The notes under the pieces were generated by a model. The model was not told the DNA's origin, did no database searches, and worked only from the letters and a program-made list of their open reading frames with translations. Positions 7,727-16,774 of a DNA stretch of 64,000 nt are shown piece by piece (the first letter of the stretch is position 1; each line of letters starts with the position of its first letter). Both the position numbers and the translations under genes were made by a program. The DNA comes from Candidatus Falkowbacteria bacterium (GTDB lineage: Bacteria; Patescibacteriota; Patescibacteriia; UBA11705). The DNA lies in the NCBI GenBank assembly GCA_003518055.1, contig DOZJ01000006.1:201631-265630 (forward strand), written 5' to 3'.

Positions 7727-8914
7727 ATGGTGCTTAATTTCCGGTTGTTTGAAAATTCAACTGATATGGTTGTGTCTGCGGCTAGTTTACAGCTCGAAAC
7801 AAATTTTGGCGTTAAGTTGATCAAGGTGCCCGGGTTGGTTCAAGTGATCAATACCTTGTTTAGAGAAGTCGTTCGGGTGAAAACCGACCGAGGTGAATTG
7901 CTGACAGGGGTTGATATCGGTTGGGACAATGTGGCGTGGATGCGTTTGCTTGATACCAATGACAAGGGATTTGAAGTTTTGTTGGAAGGCATTCAGGCGA
8001 CGCCGAAATATGATGAATCGAATTTGTTATTCTTGAAAGATCTCGGTGCTATGGCAGAATTGGTCAGGGCTTTGCACAGTCTCTGTCATTCGATTGTAGG
8101 TTTTTCTTCGAATCGAGTGGCTTTCGCGCTGCCCGATTGCGCGGTTATGACGAAGTATTTTTCCTTTGACGCGGCTGAGAGCGATAACCTGGAAGTTCTG
8201 GTTAAAAGACGGTTTGAGGAAACCTTTCCGTTCGCACCGGAGCATTTTATCTGGGGGTGGCGGGAATCAGCGCGAGTTGATGGTTGTATTTTTGTCATGG
8301 CGTCAGCGGTGAAGAAAGATCTTTATAATGGATATTTGGCGGTATTGACTCAAGCGGGTTTGGACCCAGTGGTCATGACGACTCGAGCTGAGGTTTATAG
8401 TTTGACTCACAGCATTCAAGAGAGCGCTCGAAGGGGTGAAAACGCGGTGGTGATTGATCTTGGTCGAGCGGATTTTTCCGTTTACTCGTATCAATCCGGC
8501 CGGTTGTGTTTTGACCGTTATGTGGCCCCAAGTGAAACAGGTGAAGTGTCGCTGGGACAGCTGTGGCGGACGATTAATTATGAAAGGTTGGTTGCCCTTC
8601 ATAGAATTGATCGGTTTTTTATTACCGGTATCGGAGCAGATGATCCGGAATTGGCTGAAAAGTTTCATCATACAGCCTGTGAAGTTTCAGCCCGGCATGA
8701 TCATTTGCCCGGTTTGTCTCTTGACGAAGACGAGCCGTCAACCGTAACTATAACCAATTCAGTTGCACCAAAGACTGAACCGGAAAGAATTGTGTTTGAA
8801 AAGCTGGAGGTGTTTGATCCAACGCTGGAAGTGTTTGATCCAACATTGAATAGCGCGATCCGTTTCGAGCCGGAAATGAGTCTGGCAGCGGCACTTGCCA
8901 GTATTAAGGGTTAA
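7727..8914 (+). CDS. hypothetical protein, possibly actin-like ATPase fold (PilM/FtsA-like)
   Basis: 395 aa with GVDIGWDNVAWMRLL (phosphate-1-like) and VIDLGRADFSV (phosphate-2-like). Internal tandem duplication LEVFDPT x2. Locally higher GC (~50%). Confidence 0.3.
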   Translation: MVLNFRLFENSTDMVVSAASLQLETNFGVKLIKVPGLVQVINTLFREVVRVKTDRGELLTGVDIGWDNVAWMRLLDTNDKGFEVLLEGIQATPKYDESNLLFLKDLGAMAELVRALHSLCHSIVGFSSNRVAFALPDCAVMTKYFSFDAAESDNLEVLVKRRFEETFPFAPEHFIWGWRESARVDGCIFVMASAVKKDLYNGYLAVLTQAGLDPVVMTTRAEVYSLTHSIQESARRGENAVVIDLGRADFSVYSYQSGRLCFDRYVAPSETGEVSLGQLWRTINYERLVALHRIDRFFITGIGADDPELAEKFHHTACEVSARHDHLPGLSLDEDEPSTVTITNSVAPKTEPERIVFEKLEVFDPTLEVFDPTLNSAIRFEPEMSLAAALASIKG

Positions 8915-8940
8915 GAACGTTATCAAGACGTTCTTTTTTA
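8915..8940 (+). terminator. rho-independent terminator (GAACGTtatcaagACGTTC + T-run)
   Basis: Stem-loop plus TTTTTT right after the stop of 7727-8914. Confidence 0.6.
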
Positions 8941-8997
8941 TTATCGTGAGGTGGTTGGTGGAGGCTCATTCATCTGTCGGTTAATGAGGCTGCCGCG

Positions 8998-9048
8998 CTT
9001 GACAGCTAATGGAGGCTGTCGCGTCGTTACTGCGTACTCCTCGCAGCG
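8998..9048. repeat. repeat family R1, solo unit (a degenerate partial unit lies at 8951-8997)
   Basis: CTTGACAGCTAATGGAGGCTGTCGCGTCGTTACTGCGTACTCCTCGCAGCGA. Confidence 0.8.
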
Positions 9049-9124
9049 AGGGAAAGGGATGATTTTTACATAGTTTTTATTTTGGTATATAATATGGATG
9101 TAAAAGATAAATAATTGGAAATTT

Positions 9125-10147
9125 ATGACTATGGAATTTGCGGCCGCGGCCATGAATAAACAGCCGAATATTAATGATTTGAGGTCTGAGTTTGATGAAG
9201 AAAGTATTGATCGAGCCAAACGGTCTATTGAAAAAGGAAAGGGTGATATGAAATTAAAAGAGTTGTTGGCTGATCCTGACAGCGCAGCCTATTTGGAAGC
9301 GTTACGGCGAAATTTGGTGGGTTTGGATAAAAGACGCCGGAAATCAGAACGGTTGGTCGAGAGAGAAAAACAAGGGCGAGTCGCAAAAGCGGAAAATACG
9401 ATTATGCTTTTGGCGGGGAGGGGAATGATTTATTCAAATGACGCGCAGACTTTGGAAGGAGCTCTGTCCGTGGTAAAAGGGGCTCCCGAGGCTACGCGGG
9501 AAGAATTTTCAGCCAAGTGGAATGAGATGTTTTTTTCAAGGATGACTGAATTGACCGATCGAATGGAAAATCCGCTGGAACAAAAATTGGAAACATTACG
9601 GGAATTGATGGGATTAGCCTATGATTGGCTCAGAGCCAGACAGCGTAAATATTTTGAGGGCGGCGCAGCTTTTGCCGGCAATAAAAGCAAAAGCAATTTT
9701 GTGGATATGACAATTTTTACTGCCGGGCCGTTGATCAAAGCGTTGCGGGATAATTTGGGAGACGGATTTGCAAAAAAAATGGCGGTGTTGAATGAATTGA
9801 ATGATTCTCCCGGATCATACGGCCGGTTTATTGGTGATTTGAATCGCTTTGTGAAAAAATTTGAGGTTTTAAAGAGGGAGGCTGTCATGATGTCAAATGG
9901 TGATGATCGTCAAGAACGGACTCGAGGAGATAAACTCCAAAAAAAAATGGTCGCGTTGGAATCTTTGGATGATAAACATGCCCATGAAGTATTCGCGGCT
10001 TTGGCGGAGAATCTAAATTTGATTGATGAGGGCGATGAAGCGGTAATAATGACTCCGGGGAAGGTTTGGGACAGTCCGCAGATGACGATGAGAAAATTGC
10101 AGGCTGTAGATGAGTCCGTAACCGCCGCTTTGGCAAAAAAAGAATAA
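9125..10147 (+). CDS. hypothetical protein (340 aa, soluble, charged or coiled-coil rich)
   Basis: Intact ORF with its own -10 region and a terminator at 10163-10190. Confidence 0.45.
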   Translation: MTMEFAAAAMNKQPNINDLRSEFDEESIDRAKRSIEKGKGDMKLKELLADPDSAAYLEALRRNLVGLDKRRRKSERLVEREKQGRVAKAENTIMLLAGRGMIYSNDAQTLEGALSVVKGAPEATREEFSAKWNEMFFSRMTELTDRMENPLEQKLETLRELMGLAYDWLRARQRKYFEGGAAFAGNKSKSNFVDMTIFTAGPLIKALRDNLGDGFAKKMAVLNELNDSPGSYGRFIGDLNRFVKKFEVLKREAVMMSNGDDRQERTRGDKLQKKMVALESLDDKHAHEVFAALAENLNLIDEGDEAVIMTPGKVWDSPQMTMRKLQAVDESVTAALAKKE

Positions 10148-10217
10148 ACAAAAGAAATAAAATAGACGTCAGATGAGCGTCTATTTTCTTGTAAAAAAAA
10201 GAGAAGTTATCTCTTTG

Positions 10218-10445
10218 TTAACGAAATTTGTCACCGCTGTACATGGGATTGGCCAGATAATCATTGGTTGGCTGATGGCCGGAATCAAAATTGATTTCAA
10301 TTGAAAATATTTCAGGATGTTCGCGGATTAGTTTACCGGCGGCGGCGTCAGCGCTGAGCGACGATTTGGCCGTGGTGGCCGGTGAATTTGAGGGAAAGGC
10401 AATGAACCAGACACTATCCCGGCGGATAAAAATTTTTGGTGGCAT
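10218..10445 (-). CDS. hypothetical protein (75 aa)
   Basis: AGGAGG RBS upstream. Shares a bidirectional terminator with the convergent upstream gene. Confidence 0.35.
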   Translation of the reverse strand: MPPKIFIRRDSVWFIAFPSNSPATTAKSSLSADAAAGKLIREHPEIFSIEINFDSGHQPTNDYLANPMYSGDKFR

Positions 10446-10564
10446 TTGTCCTCCTTGGTTGATTGAATCATAATGACATTGACAGGGAAGTTTGTCAACT
10501 TTACGGACCGAGAAGAAATCAGCTATAATAAAATTATATTTGCGAAATAAATAATCATAAAAAT

Positions 10565-11596
10565 ATGAAAAAACAATGGCGGTATTTGGGCGGGATTCTG
10601 AGTGTTTTATTACTGATGGTATTATTGACCGGCTGCACCAAAACGCCGGAGTCCGTGGTGGATAAAATGATCGCTAAAATGGCGGCGGTAAAAACTTACC
10701 AATTTGATGCCACCGTTGGTTTGAAGGGGACGATGGCGGCCTTGGAGCAGGGGCTTCAGCTCAGTAACGAGAGTAGCGAAACCAAAATTAAGGCTAAGGG
10801 GCAGGTTGATATGAGAAATGATGATAATGTAAAATATGTCGCGAATCTGGATGTGGCTTTTCAGGCTGAAGGTACGGCCCTTACGCTGAAGGCGGATTTG
10901 TTGACTACCAGCCAGGCGACATATATCAAGGTGAATGAAGCACCCCAGATCGCTTTGATGGATTTTTCACAGTTGAAAGATACGTGGTATAAATTCCAGG
11001 CTGCGGATGGAACAGCGGAGTCGGGTGAAGAGCCGCTGTCAGCTTCTCAGGTCAGAAAAATCAAGAAGTTATTTCAAAATACAGATTTTTTCACGGTCGC
11101 TGAAGATTATGGCACCGAAGATTTGAATGGTATAAAAACATATCATTATCGGGTAAAATTGAACGGCGATGAGCTGAAACGATTTTTTGTCGAGATGAAA
11201 ACCATTGTTGATGAACAGGAACCGACAACGCAAGAGTTTGAAGAGATTCAGGCAAATTTGGCTAAATGGTCTGGTATGGAAGGTGATGTTTGGATCGGAA
11301 CAAACGATTATTATTTGTATCAGGTTAATGTTGGCGCTAACATTGAAGAAGAAAATAGCGATCTCGAAAGGATGGATTTGTCATTGTCGATGTCTGCGTA
11401 TAATGAGCCGGTTACGATTGACATACCTGCGAACGCCAAGATAATGGATTGGGCGGAAATAATGGGAGTGAATGACGCGACAATTCCAGCTGGAACAGAT
11501 CAGAATTTGACCAAACAACTTGAAGATTTGAATTTGTCAGACGAAGAAATGGCCGTGTTTCAAAAACAGCTTGAGGCGTTGGAAGCCGGACAATAA
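10565..11596 (+). CDS. lipoprotein, hypothetical (signal peptide plus LTGC lipobox)
   Basis: N-terminal MKKQWRYLGGILSVLLLMVLLTGCTK is a canonical lipoprotein signal. 343 aa acidic mature domain. Confidence 0.6.
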   Translation: MKKQWRYLGGILSVLLLMVLLTGCTKTPESVVDKMIAKMAAVKTYQFDATVGLKGTMAALEQGLQLSNESSETKIKAKGQVDMRNDDNVKYVANLDVAFQAEGTALTLKADLLTTSQATYIKVNEAPQIALMDFSQLKDTWYKFQAADGTAESGEEPLSASQVRKIKKLFQNTDFFTVAEDYGTEDLNGIKTYHYRVKLNGDELKRFFVEMKTIVDEQEPTTQEFEEIQANLAKWSGMEGDVWIGTNDYYLYQVNVGANIEEENSDLERMDLSLSMSAYNEPVTIDIPANAKIMDWAEIMGVNDATIPAGTDQNLTKQLEDLNLSDEEMAVFQKQLEALEAGQ

Positions 11597-11630
11597 AATA
11601 GGCGCGAAATAATTATTAAATCAAAAAAGT

Positions 11631-12371
11631 ATGTGGTATGTAATCGGTTTTGTGGTGCTGGTGTTGTTGATCAGTTTGCGCCAAATCAATGAGTATGAAC
11701 GCGGGGTGATGTTTACCACGGGAAAATATAGCGGGACCAAGAAACCCGGCTGGAGATTGGTGGTACCGGTTTTTCAACAGATGAGGAAAATCGATTTGCG
11801 GGTCAAGGCGGTAGACGTGCCGGACCAAAAAGCCATTACCAAAGATAATATTTCCGTGACGGTAAACGCAGTGATTTATTATAAAATCAGCATGGCGGAA
11901 AAAGCGGTGCTGGAAGTTGAGAATTTTTTCTTTGCCATGAGCCAATTGGCGCAGACAACGATGAGAAACGCCGTTGGTGAGGTGGAATTGGACCAGCTTC
12001 TTAGCTCGCGCGAAAACGTATCGGAGAGGATTCGCGCAGTCATCGATAAAGCGTCAGATCCATGGGGCATTAAAGTCGAGAATGTGGAGTTGAAAGATAT
12101 TTCTTTGCCGGAAGATATGGAACGAACCATCGCTAAACAGGCTGAAGCGGAACGCGAAAAGCGAGCGGTAATTATTCGCGCCGAGGGTGAAGTAGTGGCC
12201 GCGGAAAATATGGCGAAGGCGGCAACTATGTTGTCAGCAGCGCCCGGGGCTTTGCATTTGCGTACTTTGCAGTCAATCAATGATATCAGTTCAGATCAAT
12301 CAAATACGGTAGTTTTTGCGATGCCGATTGAGGTGTTGAGAGCGCTGGAAAGGGTGGGGACGAAGGAGTAA
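11631..12371 (+). CDS. SPFH/band-7 (stomatin/prohibitin-like) membrane protein
   Basis: N-terminal TM followed by an SPFH domain (YERGVMFTTGKYSGTKKPGWRLVVPVFQQM...) and a C-terminal coiled coil. Confidence 0.85.
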   Translation: MWYVIGFVVLVLLISLRQINEYERGVMFTTGKYSGTKKPGWRLVVPVFQQMRKIDLRVKAVDVPDQKAITKDNISVTVNAVIYYKISMAEKAVLEVENFFFAMSQLAQTTMRNAVGEVELDQLLSSRENVSERIRAVIDKASDPWGIKVENVELKDISLPEDMERTIAKQAEAEREKRAVIIRAEGEVVAAENMAKAATMLSAAPGALHLRTLQSINDISSDQSNTVVFAMPIEVLRALERVGTKE

Positions 12372-12385
12372 AGCGAGTAAAGTAA

Positions 12386-12423
12386 AGAGAGATTAAGAGA
12401 ATTAAGAGATTTAGAGATTAGAG
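12386..12423. repeat. repeat family R3, solo copy (AGAGATTAAGAGAATTAAGAGATT)
   Basis: Matches the inverted repeats that flank the four-helix-bundle gene at 20544-20584 and 20977-21015. Confidence 0.7.
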
Positions 12424-12567
12424 TAAAAAAATAAAAAAAGAGGCTCGAGAGGGCTTCTTTTTTTGAACAAAAAAAGATACAATAAATGGAAAATTGGAAT
12501 GTGGTTGACAATGATGATGTTTTGAGCTAAGATTATCAACCGAATCATCCACGGACAGGAGGCGCGG

Positions 12568-13077
12568 ATGGATAAGGGAAAACCACTGAGTTTTGGTGGA
12601 ATGGAATTGCGGGAATTGCTGCTCGGAGGATTTTATTTGTGGAGCGGAGTGCCGGAACCGATGGAGGGGGTGGTGGTTCTAAATGTTTTTGTTCGCGGTG
12701 ATGATCTGCATCTGGAAATGGTGGATAATGATGTTCGTTGTCCCTGTGAGATTCCAATGGATTTGGTGGTCCGTCGATTTAAAACTGATCCGACAATTGA
12801 TGTTTTTTGTCCGGCTAAGCGGTTGGTTGATCCTGATCCTTTTGGGATGTCGACGGCGTTAAATGTGTTTGTTTTTTCTCTGTCATTTACACTTTCGGTT
12901 TCCCCCATGCTTTTGGGGCTGCGGTTTCTGATTGGGGCAACCAATAAGATTCGAGGATACAGTCAGTATGGTGCGGAGTTTCTTTATCGGTTGAAGGGGC
13001 AGGTGAGCGAGGATGTTTTTGAAACGGTAAAGCAAGCGCTCCGAAATTATTACCGCGAAGGTCCGGTTCTGGTTTGA
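12568..13077 (+). CDS. hypothetical protein (169 aa)
   Basis: Preceded by a TTGACA-N17-TAAGAT promoter and an AGGAGG RBS, and followed by a terminator at 13077-13103. GC ~47%. Confidence 0.45.
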   Translation: MDKGKPLSFGGMELRELLLGGFYLWSGVPEPMEGVVVLNVFVRGDDLHLEMVDNDVRCPCEIPMDLVVRRFKTDPTIDVFCPAKRLVDPDPFGMSTALNVFVFSLSFTLSVSPMLLGLRFLIGATNKIRGYSQYGAEFLYRLKGQVSEDVFETVKQALRNYYREGPVLV

Positions 13078-13103
13078 GAGTCATAATGGTGACTCTTTTT
13101 TGT
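13077..13103 (+). terminator. rho-independent terminator (AGAGTCAtaatggTGACTCT + T6)
   Basis: Perfect 7-bp stem plus TTTTTT at the end of the 12568-13077 ORF. Confidence 0.65.
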
Positions 13104-13193
13104 TGGGTGATAATGGCATTAATAAAATGGGAGACTTGACATTGTTTTATTATTATGATATTATTTTAAGTTCAAACAACAAAAGGGGGAATT

Positions 13194-13799
13194 ATGAGCT
13201 TAAGTGATCATGATTTGGCTAAATTGTCTTCGGTTTTGGAATCGGCGGGATATGGCGTTCAGGGAGCTTTAATTAGATTAAAAATAGTTTGTTTGCGACT
13301 TAATATCTCTGATCTTGAACGGTTGACGTCAGTTTATCATAGACATTTGGAATTGATGAAGGATTTATTGCGCAAAATGGAAGATAAATGGAATGATTTT
13401 GCGGTGAACTGTTTTACTGATTTTGAATTAGCTTGTATTGACGCCCTGTATCCGCTGGGTGATAAACCTACGCCTGTGAGTAATGTTCCGGAAATTTTGA
13501 AGACGGAAGAAAAGTATACTCAAGCAGCATTTATCAGAATGGAAATTAATCATCATCGTCGGAGGCTGGCGGCTATCAATTGGATGAATGATTTACTTCC
13601 TGTTGAATATGCAAGTTCAGCAAAACATTTGGCGAATCAAGAGTGGCTGTGGGCAGAATTGACGAGAGGATTGCCGGTGGAGGTTATTCAGGCCATTGAT
13701 GATCTGTATCCGCTGGTTAATCCGGAGCCAATAACGAAAGCTATGGCTAGACAAATTTTTATGACCAGATTAAGCCTAGTATTCAATAGCGAGCATTAA
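13194..13799 (+). CDS. hypothetical protein, paralog 1 of a tandem pair
   Basis: 201 aa. Own TTGACA-N17-TATTAT promoter at ~13128-13157 and a terminator at 13791-13816. Shares ELACIDxLYPL, VPEILKT and LYPLVxPEP blocks with 13988-14581. Confidence 0.5.
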   Translation: MSLSDHDLAKLSSVLESAGYGVQGALIRLKIVCLRLNISDLERLTSVYHRHLELMKDLLRKMEDKWNDFAVNCFTDFELACIDALYPLGDKPTPVSNVPEILKTEEKYTQAAFIRMEINHHRRRLAAINWMNDLLPVEYASSAKHLANQEWLWAELTRGLPVEVIQAIDDLYPLVNPEPITKAMARQIFMTRLSLVFNSEH

Positions 13800-13987
13800 T
13801 AGATGCTCTTTTTTGTTGAAAAAAATACTAGGCTTAGAACAAATCATATAAAATATGAGTAATTAAGGCTGGTGGCGGGATATTTTAGCGGTGGATGGTT
13901 AGATTCAAGGGTGAATAAAATGGATGATTTGACAGTTTTTATTCGATGTGTTATATTATATAGTCACTTCACACACGAGGGGGAAGC

Positions 13988-14581
13988 ATGAAACTTAGAG
14001 ATTTTGATTCTTATAAGCTAAGTACAGTTTTTGACTCTGCCGGCTATGGTAGTCATGGAGCTTTGATTAGGCTAAGAATAAATTTTGGGCGGCGGCATAT
14101 CGCGGATCTTGAATGGTTGAAAGATGTTTATCAGGTATATTTCGTATATTTGAAAGCATTTTTGCGTCAACAGGAAGATAAATGGAATGTTTTTACTGGC
14201 TTTTTTACTGCTTTTGAATTGGCTTGTATTGACGAGCTGTATCCACTTGATGATAAGCATAAGTCCGTGAGTGGTGTCCCTGAAATTCTGAAGACAGCAC
14301 AAATCGGCCCACAGGTAGCGTTTCGCCGAATGAAAATTAATTATCGGCGCCAGATGGTCGCGGCCATGGATTGGATGAAGGATCTGTTCCCCGATGAATA
14401 TGAAAATTCAGTACTAGAATTGGAGTCATCTGAACAGATGTGGGTAAGGTTGACTGAAAGTTTGTCGGTCGAGGTACTTCGTGCAGTTGATGATTTATAT
14501 CCGCTGGTTCATCCGGAGCCAATGACAAAAGATAAGGCTAGGCAAATGATCATTGATCAAAATCTTCTCGAGATTAATTAG
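13988..14581 (+). CDS. hypothetical protein, paralog 2 of a tandem pair
   Basis: 197 aa, clearly homologous to 13194-13799. Own TTGACA-N17-TATATT promoter and a terminator at 14582-14610. Confidence 0.5.
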   Translation: MKLRDFDSYKLSTVFDSAGYGSHGALIRLRINFGRRHIADLEWLKDVYQVYFVYLKAFLRQQEDKWNVFTGFFTAFELACIDELYPLDDKHKSVSGVPEILKTAQIGPQVAFRRMKINYRRQMVAAMDWMKDLFPDEYENSVLELESSEQMWVRLTESLSVEVLRAVDDLYPLVHPEPMTKDKARQMIIDQNLLEIN

Positions 14582-14677
14582 AGAGCATGAATAAGGTGCT
14601 CTTTTTTGTTGGAGTGGATGTGAATATTAAAGGGGGTAATTTTGTGGTATAATAAAGTTGAATAAAGGAGAGGCTTT

Positions 14678-16609
14678 ATGTCTTTTTTAATAAAAAAAAC
14701 CAAAATACGCAAAGTCAAAAAGTACGGTTATTCTTTCACGCAGAATAAAAGCGTGAAAATTGAACCGTCAAATCGTCGAATTAAAATTTTGATGGTATTT
14801 TTTACGTTGGTGACAATTGCGATTGTTTTTCGGCTGACGCGGCTGCAGATTTTCGATGGTGGTTATTATTACGCCTTGGCCAATGATCAGCATGAAATTT
14901 TTCAGCAGTTGTATCCGCAGCGAGGGACGATTTATGTTCAAGACAAATCAATAAGCGGTGAGGAAAAATTGTATCCAATCGCCACCAATCGGGAACTGAC
15001 TTTTATTTACGCCATCCCCTCGGTGATCACCGATCCGGAGGCGGTTTTGACGGCCTTGATGGAAGTACTTGATTTTGACGATGAGATCGGTAAACTAAAA
15101 AAAGATTTGCCGCCGATGGCGATGTCAGAGGAACTAACAGCGGAAGAGGTTGAAAAAGAAAAAAAACGATTGGAAGGATTGGCCCGGTCGGAAGCCCTTG
15201 ATTTATTTAAGGCCAAAACTCTCGAGCGTCTGAGTAAAAATGATGACCCGTATGAACCAATACAACATCGGGTGACTGATGACAGAGTCCAAAAGTTAAA
15301 AGAATATAATTTGGAGGGAATACGTTTTGTGGCTGAGGATGCTCGTTATTACCCCGAGGGGAATGTCGGGAGTGTTTTGCTTGGATTTGTCGGACATACA
15401 AGTGAGAATAATATGCTGAAAGGATATTACGGCATTGAGGGGAATTTTAATGAATACTTGGCGGGAGAGGCTGGTTTTATTCGCTCGGAGTCTGATGTGG
15501 CCGGACGATGGATCGCTTTGGCCGGTAAAGAGTTTAAGCAAGCCAAGGACGGATCGGACGTGGTTTTGACGATTGATAAAACTATTCAATATTACGCGTG
15601 CGATGAGTTGAATAATGGATTGAGCAAATATGGCGCCGATAGCGGTTCAATCATCGTTATGAATCCAAAAACAGGAGCGATTATCGCTATGTGTTCCGCT
15701 CCTGATTATAACCCGAATGATTACAACAAAGTTGATGACGTTTCAGTCTATAATAATCAGTCATTGATTACAGCGTATGAGCCGGGTTCGGTATTCAAGG
15801 CGGTTACCATGGCAATCGCTCTTGATTATGGTAAGGTGACGCCATTTACCACTTACAACGATACCGGGGTGGAAAAAATCGCGGAATACAGTATTCGAAA
15901 TTCAGATTTGAAAGCTCATGGAATCAGAACTATGACGCAAGTGTTGGAAGAGTCATTGAATACAGGCACGATTTTTGCCGCGAGGCAGGTGGGGATTGAT
16001 GTGTTTGCCGATTATGTCAAACGGTTTGGGTTCGGCCGGCAGACAGATTTTGATTTGACGCCGGAAGCTGCGGGGGACTTGAGTAATTTGGATAAAAAAC
16101 ATGATTTGTATTTGGCTACCGCTTCTTTTGGGCAGGGAATAACCGTCACTCCGATGCAAATGGTTCGCGCTTATGCCGCGATTGCCAATGAAGGTAAATT
16201 GATGCGGCCGTTTGTGGTAGAAAAGGTTAACGGTTTGGATCAGAGTAAAATTACAGAACCGAAGACGGTCGGACAGATAATTTCCAAGGAAACTGCGAAA
16301 CAACTTGGGAGTATGCTGGTGTCCGTGGTGCAAAATGGTCATGCCAAAGGCGCTCAGGTTTCGGGATATTTGGTCGCCGGTAAAACCGGCACAGCTCAGG
16401 TGCCTGATTTGGAACGTGGCGGCTATTCCGATAAAACGATTCATACGTTTGTTGGATATGCGCCTTATGATGACCCGGCGTTTGTCATTTTGGTTAAGTT
16501 CGATAATGTGAGAAACGGTCGGTTTGCTGAGTCCTCGGCTGTGCCCTCGTTTCAAAAAATTGCCAAATTTATTCTTGATTATTATGAAATTCCGCCGAGT
16601 GTAAGGTAG
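14678..16609 (+). CDS. ftsI: peptidoglycan D,D-transpeptidase FtsI/PBP2 (class B PBP)
   Basis: 643 aa with an N-terminal TM, a PBP dimerisation domain and a transpeptidase domain carrying SVFK and KTG motifs. Confidence 0.85.
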   Translation: MSFLIKKTKIRKVKKYGYSFTQNKSVKIEPSNRRIKILMVFFTLVTIAIVFRLTRLQIFDGGYYYALANDQHEIFQQLYPQRGTIYVQDKSISGEEKLYPIATNRELTFIYAIPSVITDPEAVLTALMEVLDFDDEIGKLKKDLPPMAMSEELTAEEVEKEKKRLEGLARSEALDLFKAKTLERLSKNDDPYEPIQHRVTDDRVQKLKEYNLEGIRFVAEDARYYPEGNVGSVLLGFVGHTSENNMLKGYYGIEGNFNEYLAGEAGFIRSESDVAGRWIALAGKEFKQAKDGSDVVLTIDKTIQYYACDELNNGLSKYGADSGSIIVMNPKTGAIIAMCSAPDYNPNDYNKVDDVSVYNNQSLITAYEPGSVFKAVTMAIALDYGKVTPFTTYNDTGVEKIAEYSIRNSDLKAHGIRTMTQVLEESLNTGTIFAARQVGIDVFADYVKRFGFGRQTDFDLTPEAAGDLSNLDKKHDLYLATASFGQGITVTPMQMVRAYAAIANEGKLMRPFVVEKVNGLDQSKITEPKTVGQIISKETAKQLGSMLVSVVQNGHAKGAQVSGYLVAGKTGTAQVPDLERGGYSDKTIHTFVGYAPYDDPAFVILVKFDNVRNGRFAESSAVPSFQKIAKFILDYYEIPPSVR

Positions 16610-16654
16610 GTCATCGATAGATAATTCGGAATGGAATCGGTAGATGTTGCTTCG

Positions 16655-16706
16655 TTTGACAGCTAACGGAGGCTGCCGCGTCGTTACTGCGTACTCCTCG
16701 CAGCAA
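16655..16706. repeat. repeat family R1, solo unit between ftsI and murF
   Basis: TTTGACAGCTAACGGAGGCTGCCGCGTCGTTACTGCGTACTCCTCGCAGCAA. Confidence 0.8.
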
Positions 16707-16774
16707 TAAAAGTTTAATGTCGGGAGTTGAAATTCTTGTGAAATTGATATATAATGAATATTATTCATTGAAAA

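Noticed and set aside
8941-9219. 92-aa minus-strand ORF overlapping the solo R1 repeat
   Set aside because: It is composed largely of repeat sequence. The same ...CCEEYAVTTRQPPLAVKR... peptide appears in another spurious ORF at 15953-16768, simply because both cross R1 copies.
15953-16768. 271-aa minus-strand ORF antisense to ftsI
   Set aside because: It lies entirely antisense within a confidently identified PBP gene and extends through the R1 repeat. Spurious.
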